From positions 8,649-72,648 of the forward strand of contig CAZRML010000010.1 of the NCBI GenBank assembly GCA_964601205.1: a stretch of DNA of 64,000 nucleotides, read 5' to 3'. This DNA comes from an uncultured Actinomycetota bacterium. Lineage in GTDB: Bacteria; Actinomycetota; Humimicrobiia; Humimicrobiales; Humimicrobiaceae. Made by a program: the position numbers and the translations under genes. Shown piece by piece: positions 40,365-51,590 of the stretch (positions are counted from its first letter, which is position 1; every line of letters begins with the position of its first letter). Below the pieces are notes generated by a model. The model was not told the origin of the DNA. It saw nothing but the letters and a program-made list of their open reading frames with translations, and searched no databases.

Positions 40365-41495
40365 TCAAACCTCCATCAATTTAGAAGCAATGAGGCCGGC
40401 ACTATTTTTTTTGATATCCCCGAGCTCCAATTTTTTCATCTCTTTATATTTATGCCAGTTGTTCCCGGCCAGCTCCTTTATCACCTCAACTAATTTTCTC
40501 TCACTCAAAAATTTGTCTTCAATCATTACAGCCTTCCCCCTGGAGACTAAAAAATCTGCATTATAAAACTGATGATTATCTACTGCGCGGGGATAGGGTA
40601 TAAGTATTGAAGGAATATTATATTCAATTATCTCGGATACTGTATTGGCTCCTGCTCTTGAAATTATTAAATCGGACATACTGTATACTTCATTCATTTC
40701 ATTTATATATTCAAAAATCTTAAAAATCAGTTTGCCTTCAGACCTTATAATATTGTTTTTACTTTCCACCAGCTGTCTGTAGAAGCGTTTACCGGAAATA
40801 AGTAAAATCTGAATTTTATCATTATCTTTAAAATAATTATATAAATTAATAACCGCATTATTTATCTTCTCCGCGCCCAGACTACCCCCAAATGCAACTA
40901 TGGTAAATCTTTTCTTTTTAAGACCCCATTTCTCAAATTCAAACCCGGTATTCCCTGATTTCTTTATCATTTTTCTTAGAGGATTGCCGGTAAATATTAT
41001 CCTTTTCTTATCCATCTTAAAATATTTAGCTGTATCACTGAAACTTATAAAAATATACCTGGCAAATTTTGAAAAAACCCTGTTCAACCTTCCCGGTATA
41101 TAATTCTGTTCATGCAGAGTTATTTTAACACCTGTAAAAATACCTGCAGATAGAACAGGTGCACATATATAACCACCCATACCAATTATTATATCAGGTT
41201 TAAACTCCAGCACTATCTTTAATGACTGGAAAAAACCATAAAAAAAGAAAAAAGCAAACTTTATTATATTTAAAACTTTTTTAAATAAATTTACATTTAA
41301 AACAAGCCCGCATGATTTAATTATCCTGTAATTCAGGTTGACCTTTTCTAAAAGAGTTCTGTCCAGACCTCTTTCACCGCCAATAAAAAGAATATCAACT
41401 GAATAGTGGTTATCTTTAATAAATTCTATTACAGCCAGAGCAGGATATATATGACCTCCAGTTCCTCCGGCACATACCAGTATCTTTTTTTTCAT
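40365..41495 (-). CDS. murG: UDP-GlcNAc:lipid I GlcNAc transferase
   Basis: AGGTGGHIYPALAV is the GT28 signature. Confidence 0.85.
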   Translation of the reverse strand: MKKKILVCAGGTGGHIYPALAVIEFIKDNHYSVDILFIGGERGLDRTLLEKVNLNYRIIKSCGLVLNVNLFKKVLNIIKFAFFFFYGFFQSLKIVLEFKPDIIIGMGGYICAPVLSAGIFTGVKITLHEQNYIPGRLNRVFSKFARYIFISFSDTAKYFKMDKKRIIFTGNPLRKMIKKSGNTGFEFEKWGLKKKRFTIVAFGGSLGAEKINNAVINLYNYFKDNDKIQILLISGKRFYRQLVESKNNIIRSEGKLIFKIFEYINEMNEVYSMSDLIISRAGANTVSEIIEYNIPSILIPYPRAVDNHQFYNADFLVSRGKAVMIEDKFLSERKLVEVIKELAGNNWHKYKEMKKLELGDIKKNSAGLIASKLMEV

Positions 41496-41533
41496 TTATT
41501 ATATCCGATACTATAACTCATAATTACTTTAAA

Positions 41534-42700
41534 TTACTTTAATTGTCCCCTGTCATTATTAATTGCCCCGGACAGAGTATTACGCCTGGATATATTTAAT
41601 AATATTCCTACTGCTATCATATTAACAAAAAGGGATGACCCCCCGGAGCTTATAAAGGGCAGAGTCAGACCTGTAACAGGCGACAGGCCGACAACAACAA
41701 AAATATTAATAATTGCCGGTATTATTATAATACTTATTAGGCCTGCAGCCATAACCCTGCTGAAATAATCCCTGGCTTTTATGCAGACCCTTACACCAAA
41801 ATACATAAGTAAAATAAACAAAACTACTACAATGAGAGTACCCACCAGCCCCAATTCTTCCCCAATAATGGCAAATATAAAATCGGTATGTGCTTCGGGA
41901 AGATAAGAATATTTTTGTATACTGTTGCCCAGGCCCACTCCTGTCAGATTTCCTGAACCCAGCGCAACCAGTGCCTGATATGATTGAAAATTAGCTCCCT
42001 CACTTTGTGACGTTCTGTTAATAAAAGCAAAAAGTCTTTCTCTCCTATATTCCTCCATAAATAAATAACTGACTGTCACTATCAGTCCCATAAGCCCCAG
42101 GCCAAATAAATGTTTTATCCTTACTTCTCCCATAAACATTACTACAAATGCAACCAGCCATATGATTATTACTGCCCCAAGGTCGGGCTCAAAGAATATC
42201 AATATAGTAATTACAAATAATACAAAAAAAGACGGAAAAATTAAATTTTTAAACAGTCTGCCGTATCTATATTTACGTTCAAGATTATCACAGAAAAAAA
42301 TAACAATGGCTATCTTTACAAATTCTGAGGGCTGTATGTTGAAAAACCATAAATCAAGCCATCTTCTGGAACCACCTACCTCAACCCCAAAACCCGGAAT
42401 AACAACCAGAGCAAGTAAACCTATTAATATTAAGATTATAAAGTTAGAAAACTTTCTGTAAATATTATAATTTATCTTTGAAGCCAGGATAAAAAAACCA
42501 AAAGATATGACCCACCATATCACCTGTCTCCTGATAAACCAGTATGGGTCCCCAAAATATCTTTCCCCAACTGACATAGAGGCGCTTGACACCATTACCA
42601 GACCAATTATTGACAGCATTAAAGTCAGTATGAATAAAAAATAATATTCTATCTCAACTTTTAAGAAATTATATCTTTTAATATTGCCTTCTTCTTCCAT
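41534..42700 (-). CDS. ftsW: SEDS-family peptidoglycan glycosyltransferase FtsW
   Basis: It is polytopic with SEDS conserved loops (GxxxxGxxRW, PEAHTDFIFA). Confidence 0.8.
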   Translation of the reverse strand: MEEEGNIKRYNFLKVEIEYYFLFILTLMLSIIGLVMVSSASMSVGERYFGDPYWFIRRQVIWWVISFGFFILASKINYNIYRKFSNFIILILIGLLALVVIPGFGVEVGGSRRWLDLWFFNIQPSEFVKIAIVIFFCDNLERKYRYGRLFKNLIFPSFFVLFVITILIFFEPDLGAVIIIWLVAFVVMFMGEVRIKHLFGLGLMGLIVTVSYLFMEEYRRERLFAFINRTSQSEGANFQSYQALVALGSGNLTGVGLGNSIQKYSYLPEAHTDFIFAIIGEELGLVGTLIVVVLFILLMYFGVRVCIKARDYFSRVMAAGLISIIIIPAIINIFVVVGLSPVTGLTLPFISSGGSSLFVNMIAVGILLNISRRNTLSGAINNDRGQLK

Positions 42701-42773
42701 TTATTTTATTTGCCTCTTTTTATCACATTCTTATTTATGTGCTAATTTTCATTTTCCCCGCTATTTTTACCTT

Positions 42774-44249
42774 TTATTTAGCTTTTTTACTATTTTTTGA
42801 AAATACCAGGTCTTTAAATTTATTACCTCTCTCTTTATAATCACTAAACATATCCATACTGGCGCATGCGGGAGACAGCATTAATACTTCACCCTGCCCG
42901 GTTACTTTAAATCCTTTTTCAACTGCCTCTTTTAGAGTTTCACATTTAAATATCTTATAATCATAGCCATATTTTATTATCTGCCCATAAATTCTGTCAG
43001 CAGATTCTCCTATTAAAATAAGATTTTTAACTTTTTTATTTATAGCATTAATCAGCCCGGAAAAATCCATATTTTTATCCCTGCCGCCCAGCATCAAAGT
43101 AACTTCCCTGCCAAAGTCATTAAGAGCTGCTATAGTAGCGTCCGGATTGGTTGACTTTGAATCATTAAAGCATCTTATCCCACTTACACAACCCAGATAT
43201 TCAAGTCTATGGCTCAAAGGCTTAAAATTTATTACCGCTTTCTCAATATACTTTTTATTTACTCCCATCAGTAAAGCAACAGCAGCTGAAGCCATGATAT
43301 TGGAAATATTATGCTCACCCTTAAAAAGAGCATTTTCTACATTTATTTTGCCTTTTTCCCCGTAAATGTTGTAAAAGATATGACTGTCACTATAAAAAAT
43401 ACCTGTTCCTTTTTCCGGATGCAGGCTATATCCTATGAATTCCGGTATATCTTTCCTCCCGCTGGATATAAGATTAATTTTACTGTTTATAAAACGGTCA
43501 TCCATATTAATAACTGCCCTGTCATTTCTATCCTGATTTACCAGCAGTCTTAATTTCAAATTAACATAGTTTTTAAAGGTTTTGTGCCTGTCAATATGGT
43601 CACTCGTTATGTTCAAAATTACGCTTATAAAAGGCTTGAATTCAAATGTTCTTTCCAGCTGGAAACTGCTTACTTCTATTATCCTGACCGGGCTTTCAAC
43701 TTCTTTTTTTAAGGCTTCACCACCTGGATTCAATCCTTTATTATTAAAACTTATGGTATCAATTAACGGCAATCCTACATTCCCGCAGACCACACAGTTT
43801 TTACCCGAGGCACTTAAAATCTCCCCGATTAATGTAACCACTGTTGTCTTACCATTGGTTCCGGTTACCGCGATAGTACTTTTTTTCTCTTCATCGTCCA
43901 GCAATCTCCATGCCAGCTCCAGCTCGCTCCAGACAGGAATTTTATTTTTTTCAGCAAGTTGAACCAGCGGTATATCCCCGGGAACTCCGGGACTCATTAC
44001 CACCAGATTAATTTTTTCTAAAATTTTCTTTTCCGCAAAACCGCCGCTGCCCAGAATTATTTTCAGTTTACTCCGGTTCCCGGGCTCAATGTTCTCTAAC
44101 GCACCTTTTAAATCAAGGCCGGTATTATTATCCAGTGCAATTATGGACGAGCTCAGACCAAGTATTTTTTTTATTACCGATATCCCTGTCTTCCCGAGGC
44201 CAATTACTATAAAATTCTTATTTTTTATTAAATCAATACTTCTTCCCAT
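42774..44249 (-). CDS. murD: UDP-N-acetylmuramoylalanine--D-glutamate ligase
   Basis: Mur ligase motifs GTNGKTT and the murD N-terminal Rossmann GLGKTG are present. Confidence 0.85.
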   Translation of the reverse strand: MGRSIDLIKNKNFIVIGLGKTGISVIKKILGLSSSIIALDNNTGLDLKGALENIEPGNRSKLKIILGSGGFAEKKILEKINLVVMSPGVPGDIPLVQLAEKNKIPVWSELELAWRLLDDEEKKSTIAVTGTNGKTTVVTLIGEILSASGKNCVVCGNVGLPLIDTISFNNKGLNPGGEALKKEVESPVRIIEVSSFQLERTFEFKPFISVILNITSDHIDRHKTFKNYVNLKLRLLVNQDRNDRAVINMDDRFINSKINLISSGRKDIPEFIGYSLHPEKGTGIFYSDSHIFYNIYGEKGKINVENALFKGEHNISNIMASAAVALLMGVNKKYIEKAVINFKPLSHRLEYLGCVSGIRCFNDSKSTNPDATIAALNDFGREVTLMLGGRDKNMDFSGLINAINKKVKNLILIGESADRIYGQIIKYGYDYKIFKCETLKEAVEKGFKVTGQGEVLMLSPACASMDMFSDYKERGNKFKDLVFSKNSKKAK

Positions 44250-44253
44250 ATTC

Positions 44254-45267
44254 TTAATCTATAAATTTTAAATAATAAATAAAAAATCCCACCCCTGCAA
44301 AAAGCATACATACTATCCAGAATCTTATAATAATTTTTATTTCGGGCCAACCGAGAAGTTCAAAATGATGATGGATGGGAGCCATTTTAAATACCCTTCT
44401 TTTAAAAGTTTTGAACCATAGAACCTGAATTATTACCGATAATGCTTCAATTACAAAAAGCCCACCTATTATAATTAATAAAATTTCCTGCTTTAAAACT
44501 ATGGCCACTGCTGCTATCAGCCCTCCCAGTCCAAAAGACCCGGTATCCCCCATAAAAATCTCAGCCGGGGCTGTATTCCACCATAAAAATCCTATACAGG
44601 CGGCAAGTACTCCTCCACTTACCACTGCAACATCAACCGTATAAGAAATATCAAGCACAGACCATTCCAGAAATGCTATGAAACTGAACACGGCAAGAAC
44701 AATTGATGCTGTCCCCGCGGCAAGACCGTCAAGACCATCGGTCAGATTAACCGCATTGGTGGTGCTTATTATTACGAGCACTACAACTGCATAATACCAG
44801 CTGCCCATCTCTACTTTTATAGCTGTAAAAGGTATGGTTATATATGTGGCAGTATTAAGTAAATACTTGGAAAATAATATAAAATATAAGCATACAATAG
44901 CAAGAAGAAACATCTTGACCCACCACCTGAGGCCCAGAGACCTCTGCATTTTAAGTGCCATATAATCATCAATAAATCCTATAAAACTGCACAGAAGAAA
45001 TATAGAAATTACGAATATACCCTCTATGCTGTAGACATTATGCCTGTAATACTTAATCAGGCTTACCACTGAAAAGGCAGCCATTGAAGACACAACAAAT
45101 ATTAAACCTCCCATAGTAGGGGTACCTGATTTTACGGAATGAGTCCTCGGTCCATCTATTCGGATTCTTTCTCCAATTTGTTTATTTTTCTGAAACTTTA
45201 TAAACAGTGGCGTCAACAGAAGCGATGTCAGGCCTCCGATTATAATTGATAAAAATATCCAGGTCAT
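44254..45267 (-). CDS. mraY: phospho-N-acetylmuramoyl-pentapeptide transferase
   Basis: DDxxD-type motifs (GFIDDY) and the MAPIHHHFEL signature are present. Confidence 0.9.
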   Translation of the reverse strand: MTWIFLSIIIGGLTSLLLTPLFIKFQKNKQIGERIRIDGPRTHSVKSGTPTMGGLIFVVSSMAAFSVVSLIKYYRHNVYSIEGIFVISIFLLCSFIGFIDDYMALKMQRSLGLRWWVKMFLLAIVCLYFILFSKYLLNTATYITIPFTAIKVEMGSWYYAVVVLVIISTTNAVNLTDGLDGLAAGTASIVLAVFSFIAFLEWSVLDISYTVDVAVVSGGVLAACIGFLWWNTAPAEIFMGDTGSFGLGGLIAAVAIVLKQEILLIIIGGLFVIEALSVIIQVLWFKTFKRRVFKMAPIHHHFELLGWPEIKIIIRFWIVCMLFAGVGFFIYYLKFID

Positions 45268-45281
45268 GTGTTAATTCCTAT

Positions 45282-46724
45282 CTATAATAAATTGATAATA
45301 TCCTCCATTTTTACTGCCCTTGAACCTTTCACAAGCACCAGGTCCCCGGCTTCAACTAAATTACTTATTTCTTTTCTCAATTCACTTTTGTCGTTAAAAT
45401 AATAAGACTTATTTTTATAAAAATTATCAGTGCTCCTGTAACCATGGTAAATATTTTCAGCAAAGCTGCCAACAGCTACCAGCACATCCACACCTTTTCT
45501 GGATAAATACCTGCCAATTTCTTCATGGAGAGCTGACGAGTTTTCCCCAAGTTCCAGCATATCTCCCAGTACCGCCACGCTTCTCATACCTCTCTTTTCT
45601 GAAATTAAAACCAGCGTATCAACAGCTTTTTTTACAGAAACAGGGTTCGCATTATAACAATCATCTATAATTATCTTATCTTTCTTTTCTATAATATCCA
45701 TTCTTGACTTTTCAATAACCGCCTCTTCTATCCCGCTTTTAACGTCTTTCGCACTCACATTTAAATGTAAGGCCACCGCTGCAGCACAGCATGCATTATA
45801 AATATTATGATAGCCGGGAACATTTAACTTTATAGTTGTAACCTTTTTTTTATCTTTAAACAAATCAAATTTAAATCTACCCATATTATCCATCTCTTTT
45901 TCCATAAAGTTAAAGGGTATGTCTCTGTCTTTCCCGAATTTCATAACCCTGCAGTTAACTTTTTCTTCTATAAATCCAGTATGTCTGTCATCATTATTTA
46001 AAAATAAAATTCCCTTATTTTTAAAAAGAATTTCCGCTATCTCCGCTTTCGTAAGTGCTATTTCCTTTAAATCTTTAAAAAAAATTGTATGGGATTGACC
46101 AACTGCGGTAATTGCACCCAGATTCAAATTACACATATCTGCCAGTATTTTTATCTGCCCCTTTCCTCTCATCCCCAGCTCGGCTACAAAAAATTCTGTA
46201 TCCCTTTTAATTTCAAGAATTGATTTTGATACCCCAATTTCTGTATTATAGTTTTTTGGGGTAAATTCAACTTTATTTCCTCTGCTCAATATACTTACCA
46301 GGAAATTTCTGGTGGTGGTCTTCCCGACACTACCGGTAATTCCTATAACAAAGGGTTTAAACTTTCTTATATAGCTATAGGCTATTTTTTTTAAGAAATT
46401 TAAATTATCCCCTGATTCAAGAATTGTAATTTCACCTAAAGCACTATCTTTTATCTTCTTTCTCCATAATTTTAGGTTCTTAACATATTCTGATTCAAAC
46501 ACAAACCCACCGGCTTTCCTCTCCAGGGCCATCCCTATAAAATCATGCCCGTTATAATTCTCTCCTTCAAGGGGGACAAAAAAATCTCCTTCATTCAGGG
46601 TCCTGGAATCAGTAGAAATATTGTGAATATAACTTTCCCCGTCCCCTGAAATCAATTTAGAACCTGACCAGGATAATATATCTCTAATTTTTATTTTTTC
46701 TCTCATTTTTTCTTTTCTGCCCAC
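45282..46724 (-). CDS. murF: UDP-MurNAc-tripeptide--D-alanyl-D-alanine ligase
   Basis: The Mur ligase P-loop GITGSVGKTTT is present. Its position fits. Confidence 0.85.
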   Translation of the reverse strand: MGRKEKMREKIKIRDILSWSGSKLISGDGESYIHNISTDSRTLNEGDFFVPLEGENYNGHDFIGMALERKAGGFVFESEYVKNLKLWRKKIKDSALGEITILESGDNLNFLKKIAYSYIRKFKPFVIGITGSVGKTTTRNFLVSILSRGNKVEFTPKNYNTEIGVSKSILEIKRDTEFFVAELGMRGKGQIKILADMCNLNLGAITAVGQSHTIFFKDLKEIALTKAEIAEILFKNKGILFLNNDDRHTGFIEEKVNCRVMKFGKDRDIPFNFMEKEMDNMGRFKFDLFKDKKKVTTIKLNVPGYHNIYNACCAAAVALHLNVSAKDVKSGIEEAVIEKSRMDIIEKKDKIIIDDCYNANPVSVKKAVDTLVLISEKRGMRSVAVLGDMLELGENSSALHEEIGRYLSRKGVDVLVAVGSFAENIYHGYRSTDNFYKNKSYYFNDKSELRKEISNLVEAGDLVLVKGSRAVKMEDIINLL

Positions 46725-48187
46725 TCCTCAACCACTTTCCAATCACAAAAGAGCACCCTGTAATTTTTAAACTCCTGATAATCCTCATGTCCCTTACCTG
46801 CTATTATAACCAGGTCATTTTTCCCTGCCATACTGAGAGCTTTAAATATTGCTTCTTTCCTGTCAATTTCCTTAATATAATTCCCTGTATTCGTTCTTGA
46901 TATCCCTTCCTCTATCATATCAATTATTGAAGCAGGCTCCTCAGACCTTGGATTATCTGAAGTTATGATCGTATAATCAGCGTATCTGCCGGATATCTGG
47001 CCCATTATACTTCTTTTACCTTTATCCCTATCCCCGCCACAACCAAAAACACAGATTATTCTCCCTCTGTCATGCAATATATCACGTGCGGTCTTAAGCA
47101 CATTCTCAAGACCATCGGGTGTGTGCGCATAATCTATTATTACCGAAAATTTACCATCCGAATATACCTTCTCAAACCTGCCCTTTACCCCGCGCATAGA
47201 ACTTATACCTTCCGCTATATAGCCTTCATCTATACCCATATCCATGCACACTGCTACCGCTGCCATAATATTATATACATTAAAAAAACCACACAGTGGA
47301 GAATGAACATTAAACTTTACTCCATTAGAATTATTTATAGTCATCTTAATTCCTGAAATAGAATTTTCAACTTCAGTGGGCCAGATATCTGCTTTACCCG
47401 GCTCCAGAGAATAGGATATCGTTTCCAGGTCAGTTTCTCTAAAAATTACTTTTCCGTAACTATCGTCAATATTTATAACCGCTTTTTTACCACCGAATAA
47501 ATCCCTGTTTTCTTTTAAAAATAATTTTTCCTTTGCGCTAAAATAACTTTTCATGCTTTTATGATAATCCAGATGGTCCCGGGAAAGATTTGTAAATACT
47601 AAATATTCAAAATTGAGGTAATCAACCCTGTGTAAATCCACCGAATGGGAAGATATCTCCATAGAGATGGCATTAACTTTCTTTTTACTACTCTTATTAA
47701 AAAAACTATTAAGGTCGCTTGATTCGGGTGTAGTCCGGGTAAATAAAACTTTACCTCCATCCAGGAAAGATTCAACAGTAGTAATAAGTGAAGTCCTGAT
47801 TCCCGCACTTCTTAAAATAGAATCTATAAGATAACAGGTAGTAGTCTTGCCGTTGGTCCCGGTAACCCCGATTAATTTAAAGGACCCGGTAGGGTCTTTA
47901 TAAAAATTTTTGCATAACAGAGGCAATACTTCCCTGGTATTACTTACCACAACTTGAGCCACAGATGAGGAAACACTCACTTTACGCTGAATTACCAGCC
48001 CGGCAGCTCCGGCAGAAATTGCCTCTTCTGCAAAATCGTGCCCGTCATTCCTGAAACCCTTAATAGCCACAAAAAGGCTGCCTCCTATTATATTTTTAGA
48101 ATTTATAGAAATATCTTTAATCTTAATATCGGTATCCCCATAAATTTCTTTATAATTTACTTTTTTGATTAAATCTTTTAATTTCAT
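46703..48187 (-). CDS. murE: UDP-MurNAc-L-Ala-D-Glu--2,6-diaminopimelate (or L-Lys) ligase
   Basis: GVTGTNGKTTT is present, with the DNPR motif (SDNPRSE) that suggests meso-DAP specificity. Confidence 0.85.
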   Translation of the reverse strand: MKLKDLIKKVNYKEIYGDTDIKIKDISINSKNIIGGSLFVAIKGFRNDGHDFAEEAISAGAAGLVIQRKVSVSSSVAQVVVSNTREVLPLLCKNFYKDPTGSFKLIGVTGTNGKTTTCYLIDSILRSAGIRTSLITTVESFLDGGKVLFTRTTPESSDLNSFFNKSSKKKVNAISMEISSHSVDLHRVDYLNFEYLVFTNLSRDHLDYHKSMKSYFSAKEKLFLKENRDLFGGKKAVINIDDSYGKVIFRETDLETISYSLEPGKADIWPTEVENSISGIKMTINNSNGVKFNVHSPLCGFFNVYNIMAAVAVCMDMGIDEGYIAEGISSMRGVKGRFEKVYSDGKFSVIIDYAHTPDGLENVLKTARDILHDRGRIICVFGCGGDRDKGKRSIMGQISGRYADYTIITSDNPRSEEPASIIDMIEEGISRTNTGNYIKEIDRKEAIFKALSMAGKNDLVIIAGKGHEDYQEFKNYRVLFCDWKVVEEWAEKKK

Positions 48188-48324
48188 TTCTTAATTAAAT
48201 TAAAACAAATATCAGAAAATATTAGAACAGACCCGTAATATATCTTACGTTTATTTAATTTAACATAATACCCATGCATTTATAAATCATTATAAATTGT
48301 CTGCTGTATTATTTTCTCTTTTTT

Positions 48325-50031
48325 TTAATATAGCCTTAATCTATTTAATGAAAATTCCATAATTTCTTTAAAAGCCGGAGCAGCAACAGTCCCGCCCCAG
48401 ACTTCATTACTCCCCCCCTGTGGCTCATCAACTATCACAATTACTGCAATCCCGGGGTTTTCATATGGGGCAAACCCAACAAAAGAAGTTATTTGCCTTC
48501 CTTCACTATATCCCACTCCATTTTTATTTGCCTTTTCAGCAGTACCGGTTTTTCCACAGACCTTTACTCCCTCTATCTGGGCCCTCGTCCCGGTTCCTCC
48601 TTCCACCACAGCGAGCATCATGTCCTTAACCGCATCTGCTGTTTCCTGTCTTATAATCCTATTAGTCTCATCTAAATTTAAATTATTCCGCTCACTTTCC
48701 AGTGATTCTATCTCCTTTATGATAGTGGGGGTAACGAGATAACCTCCGTTAGCAACAGCACAAACTGCCCTCAGCAGCTGGACAGGAGTTACTGAAATAC
48801 TCTGGCCTATAGCCAGAGCCCCTATGGTTGATGATGGCCAGGTTTTATAATCATAAAAAATTCCCTTCTCCTCACCGGGTAATTCTATTCCTGTAACATC
48901 ACCAAATCCAAATTCTTTTATTGCCTCCCAGAATTTTTTTTCGCCCATGCTCAGCGCAATAGTAACTGCTCCGACATTACTGGAGTGTTTTATTATCTCT
49001 TCAGTGGTGTAATCTATACTATATGTTCTAAATATTTCTTTGATTGTTCTGTCACCAACCCTTATTGAGGGAGCAAGATTGAAAAGCTGGTACCTGCCGA
49101 CCGAATTATTTTCCAGCGCAGAAGCTACATTAATAATTTTAAAAGTTGAACCCGGCTCGTAGGTAAACGATATGCCGTGAATAGTATATATTAATTCCTG
49201 GTCGGCCTGCTGGTAATTATTTAAATCAAAGCCCGGATAAGATGCCATTGCATAAATCTCGCCGCTTCTGGTATCCATTACTACGGAAATCGCCCTCAAA
49301 GCATTATACTCTTCTACAATCTCTTCCAGCTTCTTCTGTACTATATATTGAATCTGGGAATCAAGGGTTAAAATAACATCACTGCCATCTATTGGCTCCG
49401 TATAGCTATCCTCTTCTGCAGGAATTATATTTCCAAAAACATCTTTTTCAGCGCTGACAGTTATATCAATTCCTCTTAAAACCTTTTCATATTGCAGTTC
49501 AATACCTGAAAGACCAACATTATCCACACCGGTAAACCCGACTACCGAAGCAGCAATGTCATTCAGAGGGTAGTATCTTCTGGATTCATTCTGTGTATAT
49601 ATACCCGGGAGGTTATGCTCCGTAACTTCTTCAGCTTTTTCTGCCGAAACTTTCCTCTGTATGTATACAAACCCCAGATCAGTATTATCCAGTTTCTCCT
49701 TTATTTCTCCGGCATCGAGCTCCAGTATTTCTGATAAAACCTCTGACTCGTACTGTGAATCAATAACCTGCTTTGGATTTGCATATACAGTTCTTTCATT
49801 CAGGCTTATCGCCAGTTCAACACCGTTTCTATCCAGTATTTCACCCCTTTTTGCACTCAGGGTAAACTGGCCCGTATGCTGGTACTCAGCAAAACTCTTA
49901 TACTCTGAAGCATTTAAATACTGGATTGTAACCAGTCTGTAAATTATTAACGAAAAAGCTATCAAAAATAAAATAAACAGGAAGTATATTCTTTTCCTGT
50001 TTACCTTAATATTATTATTTTTTCTAAGCAT
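48325..50031 (-). CDS. ftsI: class B penicillin-binding protein (FtsI/PBP2B transpeptidase)
   Basis: SxxK is STFK, SxN is SSN, and KTG is KTGT. Confidence 0.85.
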   Translation of the reverse strand: MLRKNNNIKVNRKRIYFLFILFLIAFSLIIYRLVTIQYLNASEYKSFAEYQHTGQFTLSAKRGEILDRNGVELAISLNERTVYANPKQVIDSQYESEVLSEILELDAGEIKEKLDNTDLGFVYIQRKVSAEKAEEVTEHNLPGIYTQNESRRYYPLNDIAASVVGFTGVDNVGLSGIELQYEKVLRGIDITVSAEKDVFGNIIPAEEDSYTEPIDGSDVILTLDSQIQYIVQKKLEEIVEEYNALRAISVVMDTRSGEIYAMASYPGFDLNNYQQADQELIYTIHGISFTYEPGSTFKIINVASALENNSVGRYQLFNLAPSIRVGDRTIKEIFRTYSIDYTTEEIIKHSSNVGAVTIALSMGEKKFWEAIKEFGFGDVTGIELPGEEKGIFYDYKTWPSSTIGALAIGQSISVTPVQLLRAVCAVANGGYLVTPTIIKEIESLESERNNLNLDETNRIIRQETADAVKDMMLAVVEGGTGTRAQIEGVKVCGKTGTAEKANKNGVGYSEGRQITSFVGFAPYENPGIAVIVIVDEPQGGSNEVWGGTVAAPAFKEIMEFSLNRLRLY

Positions 50032-50050
50032 TTTTAAGCTAACATATTAA

Positions 50051-50587
50051 TCAGGGAATAAAAAATGTCAATACACCTTCGGATACTACCAGCACTATAT
50101 CCTGAATATAGTAAATAGTTCCCAGAAAACTATCATAATTTGCAGCAACCCTGTCTGTATTCTTAGCTATATAATCATTTATTTTTTCATTATTTTCAAG
50201 CCCGCTATTTGATATTTTAATAACCTTAGAATCTCCGGCAAAATCCATATTCAAATTATTCTCTGCAGCTTCAATAATCCTTGAGGGCGATTTCAACTCG
50301 GATATTTTTAATTCCAGGCGGTCATTCCTTTCATTTTCAAGCAAAATCATTTCATTAATTTCATTTATCTCTTCCTGGTAATTTATACCCTGTATCTTTA
50401 AACCAACATTCAGGAGAAAACCCATGCAGGCAAAAATTATAACCAGAACAAATATATAGAATAACCCGCCACCTGTATATATTATATTTTTATCTATTCT
50501 GCCGTCATCTTCTGTTTTTACCAGATACAAAAGCGGCTTTGTTCTACTTTTATAAATTTGCTGTTTTTCTGCTAATCTTAAACTCAT
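50051..50587 (-). CDS. ftsL: FtsL-like septum formation initiator (single TM, coiled coil)
   Basis: Its position lies between rsmH and ftsI. It has a TM helix followed by a coiled coil. Confidence 0.55.
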   Translation of the reverse strand: MSLRLAEKQQIYKSRTKPLLYLVKTEDDGRIDKNIIYTGGGLFYIFVLVIIFACMGFLLNVGLKIQGINYQEEINEINEMILLENERNDRLELKISELKSPSRIIEAAENNLNMDFAGDSKVIKISNSGLENNEKINDYIAKNTDRVAANYDSFLGTIYYIQDIVLVVSEGVLTFFIP

Positions 50588-50634
50588 TTTCTCAAAAGTT
50601 ATTAATCAAACATTTATAATAAATAAATATAAAC

Positions 50635-51579
50635 TTATATTTTTTCCATAACTCTTAATCTTGCACTTCTTGACCGCGGATTCAATTTTATTTCTTCATC
50701 CGATGGTTTTATGGCTTTCCTGCTAACTATCCTGGCTTTCTTTTCTCTGTCGCATTTACATTCAGGAAAATCAGGAGGACATACACAGACTCCTTCATAC
50801 TCTAAAAAACTTTTCTTCACCAGCCTGTCTTCCAGAGAATGGTAAGATATTACAACCATCCTTCCTCCACTTCTGAGAACCTCAAAACCATCTTTAATAG
50901 CCTTCTCTAAATTCTCTATCTCCTCATTAACTTCCATCCTGATCGCCTGGAATACTCTTTTTGCCGGATGCCCCTTCCTTTTATACCTAAACTTACCAGG
51001 AATGGAACTTTTTATAATATCCACAAGCTCTTCAGTTGTTTCAATAGATTTATCTGACCTGTAATTAGCAATATTCCTGGCAATAAATCTGGACCATCTC
51101 TCTTCACCATATTTCCAAAAAATCTCCGCCAGCTTCTCCATTGAATAATTATTTACCACATAACAGGCATCCATTTTATTTTTATCTCCGTACCTCATAT
51201 CTAACTTTTCATTTTTTAGATAACTAAATCCTCTTCCTGATTTCTCAATCAGAAAAGAAGACAGACCCAGGTCAAGAAGTAACCCATCAATATTTTTAAC
51301 ATTTATTTTATTTAAAATTTCCTTTATATTCGCAAAGTTATCATTTACCAGAGTTACTCTGTTAGAAAAACCTTTCAGCTTAATGGCGGCGGTGCTTATA
51401 GCCTGGCTATGAAGATCAACTCCAATGACTCTGCCTGTGGGGGCAATTGCTTTAATAATTTCTACGGTATGACCAGCACCGCCAAGTGTTCCATCAAAAA
51501 TGATATCGCCCTGCTTTAAGTTTAAATAATATAAAGCCTCCTTTAAAAGAACCGGTTTATGAAACTCTTCCTGGTTCAT
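50635..51579 (-). CDS. rsmH: 16S rRNA m4C1402 methyltransferase RsmH (MraW)
   Basis: HKPVLLKE and DGTLGGAGH are SAM-MTase motifs. Confidence 0.85.
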   Translation of the reverse strand: MNQEEFHKPVLLKEALYYLNLKQGDIIFDGTLGGAGHTVEIIKAIAPTGRVIGVDLHSQAISTAAIKLKGFSNRVTLVNDNFANIKEILNKINVKNIDGLLLDLGLSSFLIEKSGRGFSYLKNEKLDMRYGDKNKMDACYVVNNYSMEKLAEIFWKYGEERWSRFIARNIANYRSDKSIETTEELVDIIKSSIPGKFRYKRKGHPAKRVFQAIRMEVNEEIENLEKAIKDGFEVLRSGGRMVVISYHSLEDRLVKKSFLEYEGVCVCPPDFPECKCDREKKARIVSRKAIKPSDEEIKLNPRSRSARLRVMEKI

Positions 51580-51590
51580 TACAACACTCT